From contig CAWHFW010000005.1 of assembly GCA_963828735.1 (NCBI GenBank), positions 160,001 to 224,000 of the forward strand: DNA of 64,000 nt, in the 5' to 3' direction. The position numbers were made by a program, and so were the translations under genes. Numbering within the stretch: the first letter of the stretch is position 1; each line of letters starts with the position of its first letter. Positions 19,261 to 29,213 of the stretch are shown here, piece after piece. The notes under the pieces were generated by a model. That model did no database searches, had not been told where the DNA came from, and saw nothing but the letters and a program-made list of their open reading frames with translations. This DNA comes from an uncultured Gemmatimonadales bacterium (GTDB lineage Bacteria > Gemmatimonadota > Gemmatimonadetes > Gemmatimonadales > GWC2-71-9).

Positions 19261-21060
19261 ATGCATCTCGTCTTCTCCGACTGGCTGATCATCGCGCTCT
19301 ACTTCGTGGTATCCGCTGCGATCGGCCTTGCCTACACGCGGAAGGCCGGCCAGTCGCTGGCGGACTACTTCGTTTCGGGAAGGTCCTTGCCGTGGTGGCT
19401 CGCCGGCACGTCCATGGTGGCCACCACCTTCGCTGCGGACACGCCGCTGGCGGTGGCGGGCCTCGTGGCGAAGTACGGCGTGGCCGGCAACTGGCTCTGG
19501 TGGAACGGCGCGGTGTCGGGCGTGCTGACGGTGTTCTTCTTCTCGCGCCTCTGGCGGCGCGCTGGCGTACTGACCGACGTGGAGTTCGCCGAGCTGCGGT
19601 ACGGCGGGCGACCGGCCGCAGTGCTTCGGGGATTCCGGGCGCTCTATCTCGCGTTGCCCATCAACCTCATCATCATGGGCTGGGTGACGCGCGCCATGGT
19701 CACCATCCTCCAGATCAGCCTCAACATCGATCCGTGGAAGGCCGCGCTCTTTCTCTTCGGAGTGACGGCGGTGTACAGCGTGTTCGCCGGACTGTGGGGC
19801 GTCATCGTCACCGACCTGTTCCAGTTCATCTTCGCCATGGGCGGCTCGATCCTGCTGGCGGTGCTTGCCGTCCGATCGGAAGGCGGCCTCGACGTGCTTA
19901 CGGCCAAGACCGCCGCACACTTCGGCTCGCCCGAGGCCGCGTTCGGCGTGATTCCACCGCTCGACGCCCCGTGGCTCCCGATCACGACCCTGATCGTCTG
20001 GCTCGGCGTCCAGTGGTGGGCGGCATGGTATCCGGGCCAGGAGCCTGGAGGTGGTGGGTACGTCGTGCAGCGAATTCTCTCCGCCAAGGATGAGCGCCAC
20101 GGCCTGCTCGCCACCCTGTGGTTCACGATCGCGCACTATGCACTGCGGCCGTGGCCGTGGATCCTCGTCGGGTTCGTGGGCCTGATCCGGTATCCGGGCC
20201 TCGCCAACCCCGAGGAAGGCTACGTACGGGTGATGGTCGACATCCTTCCGTCGCCCTTCAAGGGCTTGCTGCTAGCCGCCTTCGCCGCGGCGTACATGAG
20301 CACCATCAGCACGCACCTCAATTGGGGAGCGTCCTACCTCGTGAACGATGTCTACATCCGGTTCCTCAAGCCGGACGCGAGCCCTCGGGCCCAGGTGAGG
20401 GCCTCGCGCGCGGCGACGGCGCTGCTCATGGTGTCCTCGCTGATCGTGATGGGATTCCTCGGCAGCGTCGAGCAGGGCTGGAAGCTCCTCATCAGCCTCG
20501 GCGCCGGCACCGGCCTCGTCTTCATTCTCCGCTGGTACTGGTGGCGGGTGAACGCCTGGTCCGAGATCAGCGCGATGGTGGCGTCGTTCGTGACGTCGAT
20601 CGCGCTGACCCGCTTCGGGCACTCCATGGGCGACCCCGGCTCCCGCGACTACGCGTTCACGATGGTGACCACCGTCGGCATCACCACCGCCGTCTGGCTG
20701 GCGGTCACACTGCTGACCTCCCCCGAGGCCGACGAGACGCTGGACCGGTTCTATCGGCGGGTCCGCCCCGGGGGCCCCGGCTGGCGCCGCGTGGCCGAGC
20801 GGCTGGGATACGGGCAGGACCGGATTCCGGGCGGGGCCCTGTCCTGGGTCAACTGGCTGGCGGGGATTGTGGCGGTCTACACGGCGGTATTCGCCGGCGG
20901 TGCATTCGTGACCGGCGAGCCGCGTCGGGGCGTGGTGTACGGCCTGGTGGCGATAGGGGCTTTCTTGTTGATCCAGCGTAACTTGCGTGCTGATGAGGGC
21001 CTGGCGGCCAGCGTTGACACAGCCCTCGACCCCCGGTTACGTTTGGAGCCAGGAGAATGA
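19261..21060 (+). CDS. Sodium:solute symporter (SSS) family transporter
   Basis: DYFVSGRSLPWW, SMVATTFAADT, VQRILSAKDERH, AAYMST; about 14 hydrophobic segments. Confidence 0.92.
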   Translation: MHLVFSDWLIIALYFVVSAAIGLAYTRKAGQSLADYFVSGRSLPWWLAGTSMVATTFAADTPLAVAGLVAKYGVAGNWLWWNGAVSGVLTVFFFSRLWRRAGVLTDVEFAELRYGGRPAAVLRGFRALYLALPINLIIMGWVTRAMVTILQISLNIDPWKAALFLFGVTAVYSVFAGLWGVIVTDLFQFIFAMGGSILLAVLAVRSEGGLDVLTAKTAAHFGSPEAAFGVIPPLDAPWLPITTLIVWLGVQWWAAWYPGQEPGGGGYVVQRILSAKDERHGLLATLWFTIAHYALRPWPWILVGFVGLIRYPGLANPEEGYVRVMVDILPSPFKGLLLAAFAAAYMSTISTHLNWGASYLVNDVYIRFLKPDASPRAQVRASRAATALLMVSSLIVMGFLGSVEQGWKLLISLGAGTGLVFILRWYWWRVNAWSEISAMVASFVTSIALTRFGHSMGDPGSRDYAFTMVTTVGITTAVWLAVTLLTSPEADETLDRFYRRVRPGGPGWRRVAERLGYGQDRIPGGALSWVNWLAGIVAVYTAVFAGGAFVTGEPRRGVVYGLVAIGAFLLIQRNLRADEGLAASVDTALDPRLRLEPGE

Positions 21061-21098
21061 CGTCCACCAGCGCCCGTTTTGTACGGAAGGAGCACCGC

Positions 21099-21464
21099 AT
21101 GAGCATCGAACAGCAGGCCCCGGCGGGGGGCTTCGCCATGACCCTCACCGAACGGGCGGCTGAAGAGGTGCAGAAGTTCATCGCCTCGGAGCAGGTCCCG
21201 GTCGAGACTGCGGGCTTGCGGGTGAGCGTGCTGCCGGGCGGCTGCTCGGGATTCAAATACAGCCTCAACATCGAGGAGCGCGCGCTCGACGACGACCTGG
21301 TCCAGGAAGTCAACGGCATCCGCGTCTTCATCGACGGCTTCAGCGCCCAGTATCTGGCCGGCATCACCATCGACTACGTCAGCTCCATGCAGGGCGCGGG
21401 GTTCACCTTCAACAACCCCAATTCGACGGGCGGCTGCGGGTGCGGCAGCAGCTTCACCGCCTGA
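21099..21464 (+). CDS. A-type Fe-S carrier (IscA/ErpA/HesB family)
   Basis: GGCSGFKY, FTFNNPN, CGCGSSF; AAGGAG SD before ATG 21099. Confidence 0.95.
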   Translation: MSIEQQAPAGGFAMTLTERAAEEVQKFIASEQVPVETAGLRVSVLPGGCSGFKYSLNIEERALDDDLVQEVNGIRVFIDGFSAQYLAGITIDYVSSMQGAGFTFNNPNSTGGCGCGSSFTA

Positions 21465-21485
21465 GCACGATCCTCCGCTGACATT

Positions 21486-21528
21486 CGGGGCCCACCGCCG
21501 AGAGGCGCGTGGGCCCCGTTTTTCTTTC
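21486..21528 (+). terminator. Rho-independent terminator after the IscA-like gene
   Basis: CGGGGCCCAC...GTGGGCCCCG stem followed by TTTTTCTTT. Confidence 0.8.
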
Positions 21529-21545
21529 CATCCCGTGAGGCCGGC

Positions 21546-23045
21546 CTGCATCGTCTCGACCTGATCGTCGTCGGGCTCTACTTCGTCTTCACGCTCGGCG
21601 TCGGCCTCTGGGTCTCGCGCCACCAGCGGAGTGCGTCGGACTATTTCCTCGGCGCGCGCGACCTGCCGGCGTGGGCCATCCTGCTGTCCATCGTCGCCAC
21701 CGAGACGTCGGCGCTCACGGTCATCTCGGTCCCCGGCATCGGCGCCCGCGGCGACCTGACCTTCCTCCAGCTCACCTTCGGCTACCTGCTCGGCCGGATC
21801 GGCGTGGCCCGCTGGCTCCTGCCCGGCTATTTCCGCGGCGATCAGGAGACGGCCTATGCGCGGCTCGAATCGCGCTTCGGTGTCGGCACGCGGCGGCTCA
21901 CCTCGCTCATCTTCCTTGTCTCGCGCTTCCTCGGCGACGGGGTGCGCGTCTTCGCGAGTGCCATTCCGCTGGCCCTGGTCACGGGCTGGAGCGTGCCGAC
22001 GGCCATTGTCGTGATGGGCGTCGTCACGATGATCTACACCTGGTTCGGCGGCTTCAAGGCCGTCGTCTGGACCGATGTGCTTCAGCTCTCCGTCTATCTG
22101 GCGGGCGGGGTGGGCGCCCTGCTCATCGCGTGGCACCTTGGCGGCGGTGGACACGCCGCGCTGGCGCGGGCCCACGATGCCGGGAAGCTTCGGCTGATCG
22201 ATCTCGAGCCGAGCCTCACGCACACGTACACCTTCCTGAGCGGGATCGTCGGCGGCGCGCTGCTGTCGGCGGCGTCGCACGGGACCGACCATCTCATCGT
22301 GCAGCGCCTCCTCGCCACCCGTTCGCTCCGCGACGCGCGGGTTGCGCTCGTGGGGTCCGGTATCATGGTCGTGTTTCAGTTCACGCTCTTCCTGCTCGTC
22401 GGCTCCGCGATCTGGGCCGCGGGCCTCGCTCCGGCGGAGACGCCGAGCGATCAGCTCTTCCCGGCATTCGTGGTGCAGCACCTGCCGGCCGGCCTCGCGG
22501 GGCTCGTGATCGCCGGCATTCTCGCGGCCGCCATGGGCACGCACAGCTCGGCGATCAACTCGCTGGCCTCGTCGGCGACCCACGATCTCTACGCCTCGTG
22601 GACAGGCCGGCGCGATCCCGCGCACCTCCTCCGCGTCGGGCGCATGATCTCGGCGGGGTGGGCGCTCGGGCTCATCGCGGGGGCCCTGTTCTTTCACGGG
22701 TTGGCCGGCGGTGGACAGACTCCTGTCGTGGTGCTGGCCCTTTCCATCGCGTCGGTGACCTACGGGCCGCTCCTCGGCACCTATGTCCTCGCCGGCCGCT
22801 GGCCCCGGGCCCGCGGGCGTGACGTCGTCGGCGCCGTCGCATTCACGGTCGTCGTGATGCTGGCGGTGATTTTCGCCAAGCGACTGTCCGCGACGCTCGG
22901 CCTCGAATGGTTGGAGCCGGTGGGACGGCTCGCGTGGCCGTGGTACGTGCCGCTGGGCACGCTACTCGCGGTCGGCAGTGGCGTCGTGCTGAGCTATCTT
23001 CCGGGTCGAGATGCCCTCACTTCTGCGAGCGTGAGTCAACCGTGA
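21546..23045 (+). CDS. Second SSS family transporter (start non-canonical or mis-sequenced)
   Basis: Reading frame is open and SSS-like from CTG 21546: LHRLDLIVVGLYF...DYFLGARDLPAWAILLSIVATETS; later HGTDHLIVQRLL, SSAINSLA. The ORF track start at 21804 truncates two TM helices. Confidence 0.88.
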   Translation: MHRLDLIVVGLYFVFTLGVGLWVSRHQRSASDYFLGARDLPAWAILLSIVATETSALTVISVPGIGARGDLTFLQLTFGYLLGRIGVARWLLPGYFRGDQETAYARLESRFGVGTRRLTSLIFLVSRFLGDGVRVFASAIPLALVTGWSVPTAIVVMGVVTMIYTWFGGFKAVVWTDVLQLSVYLAGGVGALLIAWHLGGGGHAALARAHDAGKLRLIDLEPSLTHTYTFLSGIVGGALLSAASHGTDHLIVQRLLATRSLRDARVALVGSGIMVVFQFTLFLLVGSAIWAAGLAPAETPSDQLFPAFVVQHLPAGLAGLVIAGILAAAMGTHSSAINSLASSATHDLYASWTGRRDPAHLLRVGRMISAGWALGLIAGALFFHGLAGGGQTPVVVLALSIASVTYGPLLGTYVLAGRWPRARGRDVVGAVAFTVVVMLAVIFAKRLSATLGLEWLEPVGRLAWPWYVPLGTLLAVGSGVVLSYLPGRDALTSASVSQP

Positions 23046-23942
23046 CCCGCATCCTCATCGGCGCCGACGTCGGCGGCAGCAAGACCGCGGTCGGTGTCTC
23101 CGACGGCAGCGGGATCATCGCGCGAGCCGACGGCGCGGGCGCCGCGGTGCGCCCGGGACGCGCGCTGGTGTCCTCGGCGGTCATCGCGGAGGTCGTTCGG
23201 CAGGCGCTCGCCAAGGCAGGACGGCTGAGCGGCGACGTGCTCTACGTCGGCGCGGCCGGCGCGGGTCGCGAGCCGGAGCGCGACGAGCTGCGCAAGGCGC
23301 TTCGCGGCGAGAACCTCGCGACGACCGTGGTGGTGTCCACCGACATCGAGATCGCGCTGGCCGCGGCCTTCGACGAAGGCCCGGGCATCGTGGTGAGCGC
23401 CGGCACTGGCAGCGTGGCGGTGGGACGTGACCGAGCCGGCAAGCACCACCGGATCGGCGGCTACGGCTGGCAGATGGGCGACGAGGGAAGCGGCTATGCC
23501 ATCGGGCGGGCCGCCCTCGGCGCCGTGAGTCGCGCGGCCGACGGTCGGAGCCCGCGCACCGCGTTGAGCGAGCGCGTGCTGTCGGTTTCCCGGAGCGAGA
23601 ACTTCGACGCGCTGGTGCGATGGGCGGCCGGGGCGTCGCCCGCGGAGGTGGCCTCGCTCGCGCCGCACGTGTTCGACGTGGCGGCGCACGGCGACCCGCT
23701 GGCCCAGGGCATTCTCGACTACGCCGCCCGCGAGCTGAGCCAGCTCGCCGTCTGCCTGATTCCGGCGATGGACCTCGAGCCGCCGGTCGGCGTCGCGCTG
23801 ACGGGCGGACTCCTCACCGCGGAGGGACCGCTGCGCCGAAGCGTGCTCGCCCGGATCCGCGAGAGACCCCGGCCTCACGCCGGTCGAGGCCCGGGTGGAC
23901 GCCGTCGAGGGCGCGATTCTGCTGGCGGGGAAGACGAACTAA
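23042..23942 (+). CDS. BadF/BadG/BcrA/BcrD-family sugar kinase (GlcNAc/MurNAc kinase, MurK-like), frameshift near 3' end
   Basis: GTG 23042 overlaps SSS stop; IGADVGGSKT, SAGTGS, IGGYGWQMGDEGSG, LTGG. Natural end ...VDAVEGAILLAGKTN* (TAA 23940-23942) after a shift near 23865. Confidence 0.85.
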
Positions 23943-24068
23943 AGGAGAGGGATGGAGAGCGATTCGAAGACAGCGTGACCCGACAACTTTCCCCGAGCCA
24001 CGCCCGGGCCCCAAGCCCGTTAGGCAGATGCCCGCGTCGCTCGGGACGACCGCCTCACCGCTCGACGA

Positions 24069-25625
24069 TCATCTCCCGGCGGCCGACACGGCTTGCGCCT
24101 TCCTCGCCAGCCGGCTGTTCCTGACCCCGTACGTGAAATAGATCCCCAGCCCGAGCAGCAGCCACAGGCCGAACCGGATCCAGGTCAGCCGCGGCAGCTG
24201 CAACATCAGATACAGACACGTCAGAATCGAGATGATGGGCGTGATCGGGACCAGCGGCGCGCGGAACGGCCGCGGCCGGTCCGGCTCCAGCCTCCGCAGC
24301 ACGATCACCCCCGCCGAGACCAGCACGAACGCGAACAGCGTCCCGATGTTCGTCAGGTCCACGACCTCGGCGATGTTGGCGAAGGCCGCGAACGTCGCGA
24401 CGAACAGGCCGGTGATGATCGTGCCGATGTAGGGCGTCTTGAACCGCGGATGGACCCGCGCCAGGAACGGCGGCAACAGGCCGTCCCGGGACATCGACAT
24501 GAAGATCCGCGGTTGGCCCAGCTGGAAGACGAGCAGCACGCTGCTCATCGCGATGACCGCGCCGAGCGAGACGATCAAGCGCGACATCGTGAGCAGGCGC
24601 GGCGATCCGTCGGCCAGCGCGAGCGCCGTGATCATCGGCTCCGCGGTGCCGAGCTTCTGCCACGGCGCCATCCCGGTCATGACCAGCGCCAGCACGATGT
24701 AGAGCACCGTGCACACGACGAGGCTCATAATGATGCCGAACGGCATGTCGCGCGCGGGGTCGCGGGCCTCCTCGGCGGCCGTGCTGGTCGCGTCGAATCC
24801 GATGTAGCTGAAGAAGATGATCGCCGCGCCCGCGCTGATGCCGGCGAAGCCGTTGGGGGCGAAGCCGCCCATCGCCGGATCGTTCCAGTTGCCCGGCTTG
24901 ACCAGCGTCACGCCCACCGCGCAGAAGAACAGGATGATGCCGATCTTGAGCAGCACCATCGCGTTGTTCGAGTTGGCGCTCTCGCGAATGCCGATCACCA
25001 GGATCACGGTGATGAGGGCGACGATGAGGAACGCAGGCAGGTTGGCGATGACGGGGAAGCCGAACAGGTGGGGCGCCGTGCTGAGCGCGGAGGCGAGATA
25101 CTGATTCGTCGCGTCCGTCGCGCCGCCGGCGACCGCCTCCGCGGCCATGTGCGCCGACCGGAAGTCGGTCGCGAGCCAGGCGGGCATCGCGACCCCGAAA
25201 TGGCTCAGCAGCTCGCGGAAGTATCCCGACCAGCCGATCGCGACGCCGATGTTCCCCACCGCGTATTCGATAATCAGGTCCCACCCGATGATCCACGCCA
25301 CCAGCTCGCCCAGCGACGCGTAGGCGTAGGTGTACGCCGAACCCGAGATCGGCACCATCGCCGCGAACTCGGCATAGCAGAGGGCCGCGAATCCGCACGT
25401 CAGCGCGGTGAGCAGGAACGAGAGGACGATCGCCGGCCCCGCCCCGGGCCGCAGCGAATCGCCGACGATCGCGGTGCCGGTCGTCGCGAAGATTCCCGCA
25501 CCAATCGTGGCGCCGACGCCGAGCGCGGTCAGGTGCCACTTGCCGAGCGAGCGCTTGAGCCCGCCGCGCTCGAGGATGTCGTCTTCGCAGTCCTGCACGG
25601 TCTTCCGGAGTAAAAGCCGGCTCAT
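24069..25625 (-). CDS. APC-family amino acid permease (CAT-like)
   Basis: GATIGAGIF, CYAEFAAMVPISGSAYTY, FFSYIGFD, MSRDGLLP, HPRFKTP. Confidence 0.95.
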   Translation of the reverse strand: MSRLLLRKTVQDCEDDILERGGLKRSLGKWHLTALGVGATIGAGIFATTGTAIVGDSLRPGAGPAIVLSFLLTALTCGFAALCYAEFAAMVPISGSAYTYAYASLGELVAWIIGWDLIIEYAVGNIGVAIGWSGYFRELLSHFGVAMPAWLATDFRSAHMAAEAVAGGATDATNQYLASALSTAPHLFGFPVIANLPAFLIVALITVILVIGIRESANSNNAMVLLKIGIILFFCAVGVTLVKPGNWNDPAMGGFAPNGFAGISAGAAIIFFSYIGFDATSTAAEEARDPARDMPFGIIMSLVVCTVLYIVLALVMTGMAPWQKLGTAEPMITALALADGSPRLLTMSRLIVSLGAVIAMSSVLLVFQLGQPRIFMSMSRDGLLPPFLARVHPRFKTPYIGTIITGLFVATFAAFANIAEVVDLTNIGTLFAFVLVSAGVIVLRRLEPDRPRPFRAPLVPITPIISILTCLYLMLQLPRLTWIRFGLWLLLGLGIYFTYGVRNSRLARKAQAVSAAGR

Positions 25626-25728
25626 TGCGATCCTCAGAAGGGACGGAGTCGTGCGGGGTCCCGGGTCGTGAGCTGCCGCTTGGCGATCGTCGCTCGCGAC
25701 TCACCACCCAGGACCACGACTACTCGGA

Positions 25729-26571
25729 TCAGGAGCTGCGTTTGCCGGGGAGCGTGAACGTCACTGTGGTCGTCCCGGCCACCGTCCGGCCGTCGGGCGT
25801 GCGGGCCGGGGTAAAGCGGAATGCGCGGATCACTTCGTCGAACTTCCTGGCGTAGTCGCCGTCCGCGATGGCGGGGTCGACCTCGTAGCGGTCCACTCGA
25901 CCATCCACCCGGACCCAGAACGTCACGGCGAGCGAGGCGCCGCGGAGCTCCTTCGGCGGTGTGTCGAACGGGAAGGCGAGGTCGCGGAGCTCGGGCGGCC
26001 GAATCGCTCCGCCTGCCCCACCGCCGCCAGTGCCGGGGCCGGTGCCTGGTCCGTCGCCGGGCCCGATACCCTGCCCGGCACCGCCGCCGGCTCCTCCACC
26101 GGCGCCCGGCCCGGTGCCCGGACCCGTCGCGCTCGCGGGGCCCGGCGCGCTCGCCGCGGCGGCGGGTGGGACCGAATCCGTGGGCGGCGGCGCTGGATCG
26201 GGGACCTCGGCCGCAGGCTTGGGCGGGGGCGGTGTCGGGATCGGCTTCGGCTCGACGCGCGGCCGCACCACCGGCGCCGTGATCGTCGTCTGCCGAGGCG
26301 CCACCGGCTCGGGGATCGGCGGCAGGGTAATATAGGCCACCCGTGGGCCACCGCCACCGCCGCCACCACCACCGCCCGGCGCCAGTGCCGGGTCCCCTGG
26401 CGCGAGCGTCCGGGACCACACCCGTTCGCCGCTCCGCACCAGCAGCAGGATGAGCGCGCCGTGCACCGCCAGCGACACCAGGAGTCCGCCGTAGCGGCGG
26501 CGGGAGGTGGGGAGGGTGAGGCGGGGTAAGGCTGGCGCGCGCGTGGGGCCCCCGGAATGGATCGCGTGCAT
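25729..26571 (-). CDS. TonB-like protein: single TM, Pro/Gly-rich linker, TonB_C-like C-terminus
   Basis: VSLAVHGALILLL (SxxxH TM motif), long P/G-rich stretch, VTFWVRVDGRV...FRFTPARTPDGRTV. Start uncertain. Confidence 0.65.
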   Translation of the reverse strand: MHAIHSGGPTRAPALPRLTLPTSRRRYGGLLVSLAVHGALILLLVRSGERVWSRTLAPGDPALAPGGGGGGGGGGPRVAYITLPPIPEPVAPRQTTITAPVVRPRVEPKPIPTPPPPKPAAEVPDPAPPPTDSVPPAAAASAPGPASATGPGTGPGAGGGAGGGAGQGIGPGDGPGTGPGTGGGGAGGAIRPPELRDLAFPFDTPPKELRGASLAVTFWVRVDGRVDRYEVDPAIADGDYARKFDEVIRAFRFTPARTPDGRTVAGTTTVTFTLPGKRSS

Positions 26572-26694
26572 CAAGGGCGAAAGATAACGGGCGGGACGGC
26601 ACCGCCCCTGCCCGAGAGACGTGCCGCCAACCCCCGAACGCACGCGCGGGGACCAAGCTTCGGCCCCCGCGCGGCGTACGGTCGGCGATCCGCT

Positions 26695-27116
26695 CTACTT
26701 CGAGGCGTTCGCCTCTTGCGGCGTGAAGCCGATGATCTGTACCCCGGCTCCGCGCGCGACGTCCATCGCCTCGACGATGTCCTGGTAGATCCGGTTCGGC
26801 CCGGCCTTGATGAACAGCAGCTTCGCCGGACGTTGATCGTAGATCGCGTGGATCTGCGTATCCAGCTGGTCCTTGGGGACCGGCTGCCCGTTGATCGAGT
26901 AGCTGCCGTCGTCCGCCAGCTCGAGCACGATCTGGTTGGGCGGCGGCGTGTTGGTCTTGGTCTCGTCCGGCGGCGGCACCTGCACGTCCATCGCCATCCG
27001 GCTGAGCGGCTGCGTGATCATGAAGATGATCAGCAGCACGAGGAGCACGTCGATCATCGGCGTCACGTTGATATCGGACTGGACGCCCCCACTGGATGCC
27101 CCGGCGGTCATGGCCA

Positions 27117-27117
<1 letters not shown>
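26695..27117 (-). CDS. exbD: Biopolymer transport protein ExbD/TolR
   Basis: DINVTPMIDVLLVLLIIFMI signature. Confidence 0.93.
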
Positions 27118-27558
<441 letters not shown>

Positions 27559-27578
<20 letters not shown>

Positions 27579-28308
27579 TGCCGGTCACCGCTTTCTGGGC
27601 CTGGAATTCCTTCGTGAAGATCGAACGCCCGAACTCGCTCCCCACGCTCTTGATCAGGTAGTCGATCAATTCCTTCGAGGTGTAGGTCATCTCGACGGTC
27701 AGGTTCTCGATCTTCGTGGTGAAGTAGTTGTACGCCCACACCGCCGGAATCGCGACCATCAGACCGAACGCCGTCGTGATCAGCGCCTCGGCGATACCGG
27801 CCGAGATGCCCGCGAGGCCGCCCGACGCACCCTGCGCCGCCATGCCCACGAACGCGTTCACGATACCCATCGTGGTGCCGAGGAGGCCGACGAACGGCGC
27901 CGTCGAGCCCACCGTGCCGAGCACGCCCAGGCCGCGCTTGAACTCTGACAGCACGATCAGCATCTGGCGCTCCACCGCCCGCTCGGCCGAGTTGATGTCG
28001 GCGGCGGTGATGGTGGCGCGGTCACGCAGCAGCGGCTTCACTTCGGCCAGCGCCTCGCCCAGCACGCGGGAGACGTGACTCTTCTTGTTCTTCTCGGCCA
28101 GCGAGATGGCCTGGTCCAGGTTCTCCTCCTGGATCGCCCGCGAGAACTGGGGCGCGAACTTCCGCGTCTCCGACTCGCTCCGCTTGAGCTGGATGAGCTT
28201 GGTGAAGACGATCGTGAGCGAGTAGATGGACATGATCGCCAAGATGAAAACGATGCCCTTGGCGAACGCGCCCATCTGGGCCCACAGTTGAAGCAGATCG
28301 AGACTCAT
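27559..28308 (-). CDS. exbB: MotA/TolQ/ExbB proton channel
   Basis: STAPFVGLLGT, GIAEALITTAFGLMVAIPA. Confidence 0.93.
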
Positions 28309-28338
28309 GTTGCCGTGCCTCCTGGGCAGGGTAATGGC

Positions 28339-29040
28339 CTACTGGCCGACCTTGAACGAAATGCGCTGCTGGACCAACTGGCGAACGGGCTGGCCCTTGA
28401 ACTTGGCCGGCTTGAACACGCCCTTCCGGATCGCTTCCTGGGCCGGTTCGACGAATGCCGGGTGCGTCGTCTTGAGCACCTTGAACGAGTTCGGCTCCGC
28501 GTGGCCCGTCGTATCGACGACGTACTGCAGGTCGACGGCGCCGGCGATCCCGGCGCTCTGCAGCACCGGCGGATAACGCGGCGTCGGGATGGAGATCGGC
28601 TGGACCGGATCGTCCAGCTGCGCCTCCAGGAACACCTCACCGCTCACCGGGCCGGTCCCGCCCACGACGCCGGTGGAGATGCCGCCCTCGACGCCCTTGC
28701 CCGTGAAATCCTTCGGATCGAACGGCTTCTCGTTCAGATCGATCGGAGGGATGTCTTTCGGGATGTCGGTCGGCGCCACGACCGTCTGAAACCCCTTGGG
28801 CGGGGGGTTCGCGGAGACGATGACGTCCGGTGGCGGCTGATCGGGTGGCGGCGGGGGAGGCGGCGGCGGCTTGAGGAACACCATCGTGGTGTCGACCGGG
28901 CGATTCTTGATCGTCTCGGCCACACCCTGGGTCGCTTTGACGGCGCCGAAGATGATGGCGCCGTGGACGAGAAAGGACAGGATCGTCTGTCCGATCGTCC
29001 GCTGACCCTTCTGCTTGGACTCGATCAGGTTTTCGAACAC
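28339..29040 (-). CDS. tonB: Energy transducer TonB
   Basis: GTG 29040 with GGAGGT SD; SFLVHG TM motif, poly-Pro, PRYPP...G.V.LQYVVDTTG...FKPA TonB_C. Confidence 0.9.
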   Translation of the reverse strand: MFENLIESKQKGQRTIGQTILSFLVHGAIIFGAVKATQGVAETIKNRPVDTTMVFLKPPPPPPPPPDQPPPDVIVSANPPPKGFQTVVAPTDIPKDIPPIDLNEKPFDPKDFTGKGVEGGISTGVVGGTGPVSGEVFLEAQLDDPVQPISIPTPRYPPVLQSAGIAGAVDLQYVVDTTGHAEPNSFKVLKTTHPAFVEPAQEAIRKGVFKPAKFKGQPVRQLVQQRISFKVGQ

Positions 29041-29119
29041 GCAACTACCTCCGTCAGGGGAGGAATGATCGTGCCGCGAGAAGCTACAACTCCCCTCATG
29101 GCTCGTCAGTAGCCCGAAC

Positions 29120-29137
29120 ATGACAATTCGATGACAA
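29120..29137 (-). promoter_or_regulatory. PhoB/OmpR-type tandem direct repeat upstream of tonB
   Basis: Minus strand reads TTGTCAT-CGAA-TTGTCAT: exact 7-mer with 11-bp period, 80 nt upstream of the tonB start. Confidence 0.55.
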
Positions 29138-29213
29138 GCGAATTAGCCGTTTCGTAATGATGGCGGGATGTTCGGGATGGCGTTCAGGCTCGAAACGGGC
29201 GTGCGGCGACGCG

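Noticed and set aside
26020..26390. GGC/CCG-rich tandem-like repeats (also 6400-6870)
   Set aside because: They encode Gly/Pro/Ala linkers of the TonB-like and E2 proteins; no repeat-spacer structure, so not CRISPR.
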